The notes under the pieces: model-generated
What the model was told of the DNA's origin: nothing
Database searches by the model: none
The model's input: only the letters and a program-made list of their open reading frames with translations
In this document: piece after piece, positions 31,505-39,922 of the stretch
How the letters are laid out: each line of letters opens with the position of its first letter
Position numbering within the stretch: position 1 is the stretch's first letter
Position numbers and translations under genes: made by a program
DNA from: a virus
Lineage: Duplodnaviria > Caudoviricetes
IMG/VR virus record: IMGVR_UViG_3300044842_000325
Span: 32,001-96,000 of that record
DNA length: 64,000 bases
Reading direction: 5' to 3' (one strand)

Positions 31505-33190
31505 TTACAGGCTCCTGGTGGCAATGCGGGTTGCGAGTTCCGCAAGGCGGTTACGAAAATCAGACTTGACCGTATAGCGACGCCCACCGTCATGGTTGGG
31601 CAATTGCTTGATCCACACGGCTGGTAGGTTAAGCAACCAGTGGTTCCGGGTCAAGTTTTGGGTGATGTCATTGACCAGCAAGATCGCCGGGTTGGGCAAC
31701 TTGATGTTCAATGGGTTATCGCTACGACGCTTACCTTCTTTCCGTTGCGCGAACGGGAAGTGTTGGTGCAGCGCAGCGATGTTGGCATCTGTCAATTCAG
31801 CAGGAGGTGGGCTGCCGCCTTGCAGATTACCATCGCGGTCTTTGGCTGCCGTTGCCGTCATCAAAGCCGCGATATCGTAGAAGCCGTTGTAACAGAGAAT
31901 CGCTGTCGCAACGGCCATGATGTTCAAACCCTCGACAAGATTCATCTCGTCGATGGCGCGGGGTGGGAAGAATGCATCCCAGCGTTCTCGAAACTTCGGG
32001 TCAACTTCCCATTGACCGTCGCGTTGGCGACACTCCGCACCACAGACATTTTGCAGAAGGGTGAACTGCACTTGCTGGGGCGGATTGCGCTTGAGTGGCT
32101 CGATCGCACGCAGGGCGTTATTCAACCATGACTCATCCATCTCCGGATGCATCCGGGTCACGAACATCGCCGGGCTCCGTGCGCTGGCTTCAGCAAGCGT
32201 CAAGTCGCCGGCCGGATACGGTTCACGGATCTTGATCAGTTCCGACACCGAAGCCCGGTTTTCCTGATCATTGCCGCCGACACCAGACTCCGGAATCTTC
32301 GGCTTGACCCGTTCGTTGAATTGACGGTCGGCACCTTCCAGATGCTGTTCAATAAACGAATACACTCGGCCGATCAGTGAAAAGCTCGGATCACGTCCCG
32401 AGAAGTCCACCCAGGCCAAACGCCGCACCACCAGAATGGCCATGGTTTGGAATGGGGCATCCTCACGCGGTACCGACCCTTCCATGGCCGAGTTCTTGAA
32501 CTTCTCTGGCGTCAGATAACGGTTGATGTAACTTTCCAGCCGGGTGTAGCCGTCGGTCTCCACCAACACAGTCCGCGTGGCCAAGCGCAGCGCGTACATT
32601 TCTTTGAACTGGTTGGGGACCACTTCGTTGACGTTCTCCAGAAACTGGCCCCAGATCGGCACCAGCATCCTGGCCAGCACCACCAGCACCACCAGACCCC
32701 AGTAGTCTTTGCGGATATACGTGGCGTCCGCGGGTCGGTTACGCAGGCCGAAACCTTCGCCTTTCTCGGCCGATTCCTCGTACGTTTCGTACACCCGGAT
32801 ACCACCCGGGAAGATGATGGTCGGGGTTAACGACACCCAGTGCGCCACATGGTCGGGCGGACAGATCTCGAAGATCCGTTTGATGTAAGGCGGAATACGC
32901 CGACGCAGGTCTTGAATGTCCTCGTGGGCATACGGTTCCAGGATCTTACGCACTTCGGCGTAAGTGTCGAACAGGTCGTTTTGTTTTTGAAGAGGGAGTT
33001 CGGAAAAGTAATTGTTGAGATGTTCAAATGGATCGAAAGTCAAGCGTTCGATTTCTTCTTCACCTTCCTTGGCGCGCGGATTCTTTTTGTTGCTACGCTC
33101 CAGAATCTTAACGTCCCACACCAGTTCCTGGCCGGCGTGAGTGATTACAACGGTTGAGGATTTGGCAGAAATGACTTTCTGAAATCGCAC
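31505..33190 (-). CDS. Non-virion RNAP promoter-specificity subunit (phiKZ gp68-like)
   Basis: 561 aa with TY...DY..L..L....R...PIWGQF motif; GTG start with SD AAGGAG; synteny. Confidence 0.75.
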   Translation of the reverse strand: MRFQKVISAKSSTVVITHAGQELVWDVKILERSNKKNPRAKEGEEEIERLTFDPFEHLNNYFSELPLQKQNDLFDTYAEVRKILEPYAHEDIQDLRRRIPPYIKRIFEICPPDHVAHWVSLTPTIIFPGGIRVYETYEESAEKGEGFGLRNRPADATYIRKDYWGLVVLVVLARMLVPIWGQFLENVNEVVPNQFKEMYALRLATRTVLVETDGYTRLESYINRYLTPEKFKNSAMEGSVPREDAPFQTMAILVVRRLAWVDFSGRDPSFSLIGRVYSFIEQHLEGADRQFNERVKPKIPESGVGGNDQENRASVSELIKIREPYPAGDLTLAEASARSPAMFVTRMHPEMDESWLNNALRAIEPLKRNPPQQVQFTLLQNVCGAECRQRDGQWEVDPKFRERWDAFFPPRAIDEMNLVEGLNIMAVATAILCYNGFYDIAALMTATAAKDRDGNLQGGSPPPAELTDANIAALHQHFPFAQRKEGKRRSDNPLNIKLPNPAILLVNDITQNLTRNHWLLNLPAVWIKQLPNHDGGRRYTVKSDFRNRLAELATRIATRSL

Positions 33191-33237
33191 GTTAGGTTCT
33201 CCTTGTGTATGTGACTATCCTAGGTACTGCTCTTCTT

Positions 33238-33261
33238 AGTGATATATGCTCGAAATAATTT
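33238..33261 (-). promoter_or_regulatory. Early promoter candidate
   Basis: AAATTATTTCGAGCATATATCACT upstream of the gp68-like gene. Confidence 0.65.
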
Positions 33262-33281
33262 ACCTCATTGTGGGGCTTACG

Positions 33282-33315
33282 AAGGCATAGACCACGCGGC
33301 ACGAAGCCGCGCGGT
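33282..33315 (-). terminator. Hairpin terminator after chmC
   Basis: ACCGCGCGGC-TTCGT-GCCGCGTGGT followed by TATGCCT. Confidence 0.6.
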
Positions 33316-33343
33316 ACTAATTTAATTCAGGTGAGGCGCAGGA

Positions 33344-34129
33344 TCAATACGGGATATCGTCGTCCAGGTCGTCTTCGCCGATCACCGCAGCGGCCGGCGG
33401 ACGCTGACCGCCACTCGAACCACCGCCATTGCTGTTGCCGTAGCCGCCACCATTGCCGCCCTTGTTGTAACCGCCGTTACCACCGCCTTGTTGCGGCGGG
33501 ACATACGGCGGCTTGTACTGGTCAGGGACCTGGTACTGGCGGATCTGCGACGCGGCCACGCGCAGTTGCAGTTCTTGCAGCAGCTTGTGGTAAGCGCGTG
33601 CATTCGATTGGCTTTCTTCGGCTTCGGAGAACTTCGAGCCGTCGGCGTGAGCGAAACGGAACTCCGGACGATCCGGCAGGAAACCGAATTCGATCTTCGG
33701 GCGGTTGTACTGCACCAGGGACACGGCGATCTTGCCTTCCGAATCCTTGACGAAGAACAGCTGCGCGCCGTCGCGCGGCGTGTCGACGCGTTCGCGTTGT
33801 TTGGTTTCCTTGTTGAAGCGGAAGTAGACCTGCTCGACCGCAGCGACCTTCATCTCGCCCTTGCTGCGCACGACGTCGCCGAAGAGGTTGACGGTCTTCT
33901 CGAAGTCCCAGATGTTCATCTTCATGCGGATGACGTCGCCGTCCTTGGCTTTCTCTTTGTCAGCCGGGTCGCCCGTGCGAACCATCCACGTGACTTTGCC
34001 AGCGGCGTCCACGTCGAGTTTGAGCATCGCGCGCTTGCCGGGGGCGGTGGACGGTGCCCACAGGGTCAGAACGAACAGATCGAACGGCGCGGCCGGGCGA
34101 TTGTCCTTCTCTTGGTTGTTATATGCCAT
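33344..34129 (-). CDS. chmC: Nucleus-associated nucleic-acid-binding protein ChmC (phiKZ gp67/Imp6-like)
   Basis: 261 aa; beta/alpha N-domain, Gly/Asn-rich disordered tail ending DDLDDDIPY; directly upstream of the gp68-like gene. Confidence 0.65.
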   Translation of the reverse strand: MAYNNQEKDNRPAAPFDLFVLTLWAPSTAPGKRAMLKLDVDAAGKVTWMVRTGDPADKEKAKDGDVIRMKMNIWDFEKTVNLFGDVVRSKGEMKVAAVEQVYFRFNKETKQRERVDTPRDGAQLFFVKDSEGKIAVSLVQYNRPKIEFGFLPDRPEFRFAHADGSKFSEAEESQSNARAYHKLLQELQLRVAASQIRQYQVPDQYKPPYVPPQQGGGNGGYNKGGNGGGYGNSNGGGSSGGQRPPAAAVIGEDDLDDDIPY

Positions 34130-34198
34130 GTTGTCATCCTAAGTGGTAGGGGTTTCGGTCTACATTCAATACCGTATATGGATATTTTTCCATCACGG

Positions 34199-35068
34199 TC
34201 AAATGAGTACGTTAAACAGCCGCTTGATTTTTAACAAGTGTGCTGGGTTTTGAAGATCGTTGAGGTTGTCGATAATCCGTGCCCGGGTCGTCATTGCGCT
34301 CCAGTTACGTTTCTCGGCAATCTCTACGATCGCTTTGCGTAGCCGGTGGTCCATGGGAGAAAACGTTTCATGGTCACCGAATACTTGGAGGAGTTCCTCC
34401 GTAAAGGGGATGGCCGCCAGCTTCTTGCCTTCGTAATACTTCGACGACCACAAGACACGTGGCTTGATGCGGCCAGTATGCGATTCGATCAGATGGAGGT
34501 CACCGAAGCGCTTCTCTGCCAGCAAATCATACACGACGTGAGTTAAAATTAACGTCTTGACAGCATTACCCGGCGGCAAATCATCGAACAACAAAAACAA
34601 ATCCTTGAATTCCGCCAGCAAAATCTTGATGGCTTCACCCATGATCTTGGTAAAATGCTGCTGCTTGGACGTGCTGTCTTTCCGCAATTCGGCTTCGGGA
34701 TACTTCTTCTCCAGCTGGTTCATGTTGCTGAAGTAGTACACCACTTTCACCGGCACACCGGCATAGTGCTGTAACATGTCGGGGATGATACCCATCTCTT
34801 CGTATAAGATTTGGGCAACTTCCATCGACGAGATCCGGTCTGCAATGTCCTTTGACATCGAATTGACGATGTTGCGGTACAAGGTGCGGAGGTTAATCCA
34901 TACCTCTTTGTAGTTAAGTACCGGAGGACGATTCGGACGCGGGACGATATCCGGATGGATACCGCACATGCTTTCAACGGCCAACGACGTAGGAACCGAC
35001 AGCTGGAAAAATCCCAGCGTACGCTGGTCTGCCGTGTTGGCCACATGGGTTTGATACTCGGTCGCCAT
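34199..35068 (-). CDS. Conserved protein (phiKZ gp66-like), possibly PIN/5'-nuclease-like fold
   Basis: WINLRTLYRN, LTH..YDLL, LIESHTG and FGD motifs; TAATG coupling. Confidence 0.55.
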   Translation of the reverse strand: MATEYQTHVANTADQRTLGFFQLSVPTSLAVESMCGIHPDIVPRPNRPPVLNYKEVWINLRTLYRNIVNSMSKDIADRISSMEVAQILYEEMGIIPDMLQHYAGVPVKVVYYFSNMNQLEKKYPEAELRKDSTSKQQHFTKIMGEAIKILLAEFKDLFLLFDDLPPGNAVKTLILTHVVYDLLAEKRFGDLHLIESHTGRIKPRVLWSSKYYEGKKLAAIPFTEELLQVFGDHETFSPMDHRLRKAIVEIAEKRNWSAMTTRARIIDNLNDLQNPAHLLKIKRLFNVLI

Positions 35069-36273
35069 TACACCCTTTCTTCAGCCACCGGCTGTTTGGA
35101 TGGAAACAGATCTTCCAAGATATCGATCGAAGCATCCATGATGGCCCCTGAGGCGCCTTCGCTGGCGATCTTTTCCAAGATCAAGCTGGCAAGGTTATCA
35201 GGGGTGATCCGGATGGGGACGTATTTAGTTTCGCTTTCCGCGATCGGCGCGATTGCTTTCTCCTTATCGCGAATGGGTTCTTTCTTCCAGTTAAGCATCG
35301 GCCCCATGCGCATCAGCACTTCCATGCTGGTAAACACCGGGTGACCGGCTTCGGCCTTGATCCGCACATGCGAGCCTTCTGGCAACGACGCGATGTGATT
35401 CTGCACGAAGTCCAAGGTGTCTGCCAGCGATTTGCCGGTGACTTCTACGGTATCAAACCGCATGGCTTGGGTATTCTCGATGAACCGGATTTGCCACGTG
35501 CCGTCCGGCATCCACTTAAAGCGCATGTGCCCTTTTGGGGTTTCGTATCCATGCCCCAGCCGGTCGAACGAACCTTGGACATAAATGCCATGGCCGTCCT
35601 GTTCGAAGCTTTTGGCTGTATGATCGTGACCGATGCTGATGTTGTGCTTGACGAGTTTGAGGTATTCCTGTTCGTCATGGGTGATGGAACTGTCTACGTG
35701 GTCGATTTGGAAACGGAACAGACCGTGCATGATGCCGATGTCCACTTGTTCCAAACCACGGGCCCGCAATAGATCCTTCACCGTTTGCAGGGCCGGCCCT
35801 GAACCACCGGGTGGCTCGTCGGGGATATAAAGCACATGAATACCAAGGTCTTCCATGTACTCGATGTCGATCTTATCGATGTATTTCAGATCGGCACCGA
35901 TCCCAGCAATCTCGTTTTCCATCGGGATGTACTTCGATTGCGACCGGTCATGCAGTGGCGTACCTTCCAACACCCGCAACTTGATGCAATGCTTTTTGCA
36001 CAACTGCAAAAGATAATGGATGAAGAACTTGACTTCAAAGATGTCCTCGTCGTTGAACATCATCAAGTTGTCAAACACATCACCCGCCAAGAAGATGGCG
36101 TCTAAACTGGCAGTTTCCGGATCATCCGGCAAAGCCGCCATGAGATTACGGGCAATCCGATAGGCGGGGTTGCGGTTGTGGCCGAAGTGGATGTCACTGA
36201 AGACCGCATAGTAAAACCCACCCGTCTTAAAGCGGGTCAATGTCAGTGCTGTCTCGGGCGATGTTGTCGGCAT
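35068..36273 (-). CDS. sbcD: SbcD/Mre11-like metallophosphoesterase nuclease (phiKZ gp65-like)
   Basis: SDIH, AGDVFD, GTPLHD, MHG and GHDH motifs. Start uncertain (36273 ATG or 36240 TTG). Confidence 0.85.
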   Translation of the reverse strand: MPTTSPETALTLTRFKTGGFYYAVFSDIHFGHNRNPAYRIARNLMAALPDDPETASLDAIFLAGDVFDNLMMFNDEDIFEVKFFIHYLLQLCKKHCIKLRVLEGTPLHDRSQSKYIPMENEIAGIGADLKYIDKIDIEYMEDLGIHVLYIPDEPPGGSGPALQTVKDLLRARGLEQVDIGIMHGLFRFQIDHVDSSITHDEQEYLKLVKHNISIGHDHTAKSFEQDGHGIYVQGSFDRLGHGYETPKGHMRFKWMPDGTWQIRFIENTQAMRFDTVEVTGKSLADTLDFVQNHIASLPEGSHVRIKAEAGHPVFTSMEVLMRMGPMLNWKKEPIRDKEKAIAPIAESETKYVPIRITPDNLASLILEKIASEGASGAIMDASIDILEDLFPSKQPVAEERV

Positions 36274-36805
36274 GGGTGGTTGGGGTGCTGTTGGGGGTCG
36301 CTTTGATGGGAAGCAGCGGCCGGTTATACCGTGCGAAGATGGCGTTCCACCGAGCGATGTGATCTTGGTCCATGCCTTGCACATTGAACATGAAGGCACG
36401 TTGACCCAGTTCATGAGCGATCACGTTGTGGACGGCGTTCGGGCCTTGGCTGGCGTACATGCGTGCCGATTCAACGGCGGCCGATAGCGACGGCATGCGT
36501 GACCCTTTACCCGTTCCGTCGAGGGGTTTGATGGCCGATTGGCTGTACAGCGGCGGCACCACGAACAGCACTTCGCTCTGCGGATTGACGACGGTCACTT
36601 CATTGAACGGACCGTGCGCCAAGCGCATCCACATTTCGGGGGTAGCGGCATGTAGCGGGTTCTCGTCGCCCGCGAAAATCGGCAGGAACACTTCGACGAA
36701 GAAGTTCTCTTGAATTACTGCATGGGCGGCGGTGCTGCGGGTAAACGACTTGTCGACGTCGTCGATCAAATCGCTCAGTCGTTGGGTGAGCAAATCGTTG
36801 GGCAT
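36227..36805 (-). CDS. Conserved hypothetical protein (phiKZ gp64-like)
   Basis: 192 aa with FV..FLP.F, W...A.GPF..V.V and LF.VPP motifs; SD AAAGGA. Confidence 0.6.
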   Translation of the reverse strand: MPNDLLTQRLSDLIDDVDKSFTRSTAAHAVIQENFFVEVFLPIFAGDENPLHAATPEMWMRLAHGPFNEVTVVNPQSEVLFVVPPLYSQSAIKPLDGTGKGSRMPSLSAAVESARMYASQGPNAVHNVIAHELGQRAFMFNVQGMDQDHIARWNAIFARYNRPLLPIKATPNSTPTTHADNIARDSTDIDPL

Positions 36806-36816
36806 GGTTTGTCCTT

Positions 36817-37239
36817 TTAGTTAAAGCTGGCTTGACCTGTATTATTAAGGTTCGTAATTTTTTCAAATTTTCCGTCGATGAGCGTCAGGATTTGTCCCAC
36901 ATCGTAACGCAGTCCCGCTTCGGTCACCATGATTTTGAGCGTGACATTCACCCGATTCGAAGGGTTGGTCGATGTATCGTCCTCGACTTGTACGATGGCT
37001 TGGTCGAAATTACGACCGAGGTATTCTTCCAGCGTGGCGCGCAGCCGATCACGCAGGCGCAGCATATCGTTACCACACTCTTTCAGGATGATCGACAAGT
37101 TGGCAATCGTGCCACGGTAGTGGTGATCTTGGTTGGCGTCAGATGCAAAGAACACCGCCAGCAGTCGGTCGGTCTTCTCGGTGAGCGAAAAGATGTAGCC
37201 CTTCGAGGACAGGCTGGCGTAAGGTTTGATGGTGGACAT
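36817..37239 (-). CDS. Conserved protein, possibly T4 gp25-like sheath initiator fold
   Basis: 140 aa; helix-helix-beta-beta C-terminal pattern; SD GGAG. Confidence 0.45.
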   Translation of the reverse strand: MSTIKPYASLSSKGYIFSLTEKTDRLLAVFFASDANQDHHYRGTIANLSIILKECGNDMLRLRDRLRATLEEYLGRNFDQAIVQVEDDTSTNPSNRVNVTLKIMVTEAGLRYDVGQILTLIDGKFEKITNLNNTGQASFN

Positions 37240-37283
37240 ACTGTCTCCTAAGACGGGAACAAAAAAGAATTCATACGATCACC

Positions 37284-37317
37284 GCCACCTGCTACCCGGA
37301 GGGGTAACAGGTGGGGT
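37284..37317 (-). terminator. Hairpin terminator
   Basis: CCACCTGCTACCC/GGGTAACAGGTGG stem. Confidence 0.6.
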
Positions 37318-37324
37318 TTATGTG

Positions 37325-37954
37325 TTACAACGAATTGCCCGACTTCGAAGTGGGATCAACCATCGACCGCGCCAGCGAGTATTTCATCGACAACCACGTA
37401 TTGATGACTGCGTTTTGCTCAGGGAGGATGAGATGGCGATCGCCCTCCATCAGTTCCTCGATATACGTCACCGATTCCCAGCCGCCGTGCGGATTGTCTT
37501 CCGACGGCTCTTGGATACGAATGACACCGTCCATGACGCGGCGCCAGTTATAGTTGTCCTCACCGTACTGTCCTGGGAACGGATTGGTGAAACCATAACC
37601 TTCGCATCGCCCTTGGTCATACATCTTACCAATGGTGGGTTCGGCCATGATGAAACGCTGCATCACCGGCTGCGCTTGTTGGATCTCGTAGATCGAGGTC
37701 ATTTCCCGGATGCGATCCTCTTGGAAATAACTCTTGACCCGCGAGATACCAACCCGCGCCCGATGCAGTGCTTCATCACTGTAGAGCGAGTGGTAAGCAT
37801 CGACCACACCCTGCGCAAAGGTATTCCCCGTACGCTGAATGTAACTGCCGATCGCCACCGCTTGCTCTTGGATGTACCGCAACATCGAGGGATGGGGCTC
37901 GCCAGCGGTAAAGAGGTTGAGTTCTGCTTCACCGCCGTGAATCAAGCTTGCCAT
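37325..37954 (-). CDS. Conserved Chimalliviridae protein (phiKZ gp59/Imp3-like position)
   Basis: 209 aa with Q.A...MQRFIMAEP, GY and Y..RRVMDG motifs; SD AAGGAG. Confidence 0.5.
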   Translation of the reverse strand: MASLIHGGEAELNLFTAGEPHPSMLRYIQEQAVAIGSYIQRTGNTFAQGVVDAYHSLYSDEALHRARVGISRVKSYFQEDRIREMTSIYEIQQAQPVMQRFIMAEPTIGKMYDQGRCEGYGFTNPFPGQYGEDNYNWRRVMDGVIRIQEPSEDNPHGGWESVTYIEELMEGDRHLILPEQNAVINTWLSMKYSLARSMVDPTSKSGNSL

Positions 37955-37957
37955 GTA

Positions 37958-38032
37958 TTACTCCTTGCGTCTGAACATTTTTTCCAACATTTCAAGAAGG
38001 AGCGGGTGGACGATGCGAGTGGGTTTACGCAT
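37958..38032 (-). CDS. 24-aa micro-ORF MRKPTRIVHPLLLEMLEKMFRRKE
   Basis: Strong SD AAGGAG; fills the gap exactly between its two neighbours. Confidence 0.45.
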   Translation of the reverse strand: MRKPTRIVHPLLLEMLEKMFRRKE

Positions 38033-38034
38033 GC

Positions 38035-38250
38035 TTACTCCTTGGGTTCTTCGTGAATGGCGCAGATCACGCCGTTACCGCCGAATTCGTCCGTGATCTT
38101 GAATCCCGACGGGGGTGGATCGTCCGGGTACAGATTGAGCGGAAACTGGTTCTGACCAAACTCTACCACGCGTTTCTCGTACGTCTTGAAACCGAACTTT
38201 CCGATCTCACTCGATTGGACTATGCCATCTTCTTGCACTACTTGACTCAT
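38035..38250 (-). CDS. 71-aa mini-paralog of the nvRNAP beta-C subunit (two fused DPBB segments)
   Basis: EDGIV...KFGF.T.E.RVVEFGQ..FPLNLY.DD and G.K.TD.FGG.GV...I.E both match 25670..27877; SD AAAGGAG. Confidence 0.75.
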   Translation of the reverse strand: MSQVVQEDGIVQSSEIGKFGFKTYEKRVVEFGQNQFPLNLYPDDPPPSGFKITDEFGGNGVICAIHEEPKE

Positions 38251-38282
38251 GTGTTACTCCTTTCCTCTAGGTATTACACAAA

Positions 38283-39803
38283 CTACGCAGCATCGGGCAG
38301 AGCCATCATTCGTTGGTAGATCACCGGGTCCACAGGCAGAGTAGGTGCCGCCTCGATGAAGTTCGCGGAGGTGGAAATCCACGGTTTGGTTTTCGACAGA
38401 TTGCCCGACAGACTGCGCGGTACCGCGGTACTCATGGTGCTGCGGTATGGTGCCATGGCTTCAAATCGTTCAGCCATGTAATCATCCATCAACAGCGTGA
38501 GGTTCATCTCGTCGCCATCGTAGTCAGCATTGAAGCCGCGCACGATGAGGTCAGACAGCGAGATGGTTTGGTCAGCTGCATCTGGTTTGACTTTGGTGAT
38601 GTACAGCAACTGCATCGAACCCAAGCCCAGCGAGGGATTACGCTGGAAGATCGCGGGCAGACCCCGCAGGCCCGAACCGGCAATCAACTCATGGCGCGAT
38701 TCCGCGATCAATTCCTTGAACAGTTCGTCCAAGAACGGATTGTACTCGGTGGCATACCGGTTGAGGAAACGCCAGACCTCGTTGGGGAGCCAACCGCGGT
38801 CTTTCAGTTTACGCGCCAAATGCAAACGCAGCAAGCCCACGCCCACGCCCCACGGGATGTGCAGTTCGCGGTGATAGTGCTGCACCGGCAGCTTGGTGAT
38901 GACCGCCCGTGCCGACCAGTCGCACCGCGTGGCAGCCAAGTGCTTACGGGAGATGCCCTCCTTCGACGAGAACGACTTCTTGTTGAACTCTTCGTAGTAC
39001 GTGGCCATGTTGGCGATTGCCCGCACCACCCGGTTCTGTTTCACCGCATCGGTGTAGCCATTGAGCGGATCATCCAGACCGATCAGGGATTCGATCGCGT
39101 CGATTGCAATCGGCACGTTCGAGTCGACATACACCGCCATGTCCGTGTCTTCCACCACCAGCAGCAGCTTGTTGGGGAAAGCCAGACGTGACGAGAAGAT
39201 CTTGCCGCGGTTCATCTGCAAGAACTTCAGGATGTGGTGCACCTCGTTCGGGTTGTCTTGCTTCTTCTTACGGAAGTCACTGATGGTGAGCAGCTTGACG
39301 ATGATCTCGTCGAACTTGCGGAAGAAGTTGTTGTAGCCACGTTCGCGGTCAAGGCCGAGCGCCACCAACTGCGCATAGACCTTGGGTGGTTTGTCCGGCA
39401 CCGGATACTTGGTGTCACACAACCATTGGATGATGTTAAATCGCCCTTTCTTGAAGTGATTCGACAGGATCGTCCAGACACGCGGATTGATCAGCGGCGC
39501 GACGTTACGGGGTTGCTTGAGCCACACCATCGATTCCAGTTTCTGGTCACGGATGTTGAGCACAGGCTTGTTACAGTTTTCGCAAATCACCCCGAGATAT
39601 TTGCGACCACGAGTTTCGTTGCAATCGCAACGCGGTGTATTGGAGAGAACGTCGTTGGGCTGGTACCGGGTGAAGATCTTTTCTTTGAAAGCTTTCAGCG
39701 CATCTTTGGAGCAGTCCTGAAATTCGTTAATAATCACAGGGTCGCGATGCGACAGCTGATTCCACAAATCGTCATGGCTGACGAGCCGTAGGTAAGTACC
39801 GAT
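38283..39803 (-). CDS. Non-virion RNA polymerase beta' subunit, N-terminal/catalytic part (phiKZ gp55-56.1-like)
   Basis: CDC...CENC zinc finger, ARAVIT, RNPSL and catalytic NADYDGD. Start proposed at ATC 39803 after SD GAGG (track start is TTG 39767). Confidence 0.92.
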   Translation of the reverse strand: MGTYLRLVSHDDLWNQLSHRDPVIINEFQDCSKDALKAFKEKIFTRYQPNDVLSNTPRCDCNETRGRKYLGVICENCNKPVLNIRDQKLESMVWLKQPRNVAPLINPRVWTILSNHFKKGRFNIIQWLCDTKYPVPDKPPKVYAQLVALGLDRERGYNNFFRKFDEIIVKLLTISDFRKKKQDNPNEVHHILKFLQMNRGKIFSSRLAFPNKLLLVVEDTDMAVYVDSNVPIAIDAIESLIGLDDPLNGYTDAVKQNRVVRAIANMATYYEEFNKKSFSSKEGISRKHLAATRCDWSARAVITKLPVQHYHRELHIPWGVGVGLLRLHLARKLKDRGWLPNEVWRFLNRYATEYNPFLDELFKELIAESRHELIAGSGLRGLPAIFQRNPSLGLGSMQLLYITKVKPDAADQTISLSDLIVRGFNADYDGDEMNLTLLMDDYMAERFEAMAPYRSTMSTAVPRSLSGNLSKTKPWISTSANFIEAAPTLPVDPVIYQRMMALPDAA

Positions 39804-39863
39804 GATACACCTCTGGAAAAAGAAATAAATAACAACCGTAAGGTTGATTTCCTTTGCTCGTAA

Positions 39864-39900
39864 AGAAAAAAAAGTGGAACCCTTGCGGGCCCCACTTTTC
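39864..39900 (-). terminator. Intrinsic terminator after chmA
   Basis: AAAAGTGGGGCCC-GCAA-GGGTTCCACTTTT plus T-tract. Confidence 0.75.
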
Positions 39901-39922
39901 CTCTTAGCGAGTTACTGCCAGA

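Noticed and set aside
36274-36414. Cys-containing N-terminal extension of SbcD (CSMC)
   Set aside because: Lies inside the upstream gene in another frame; likely not translated.
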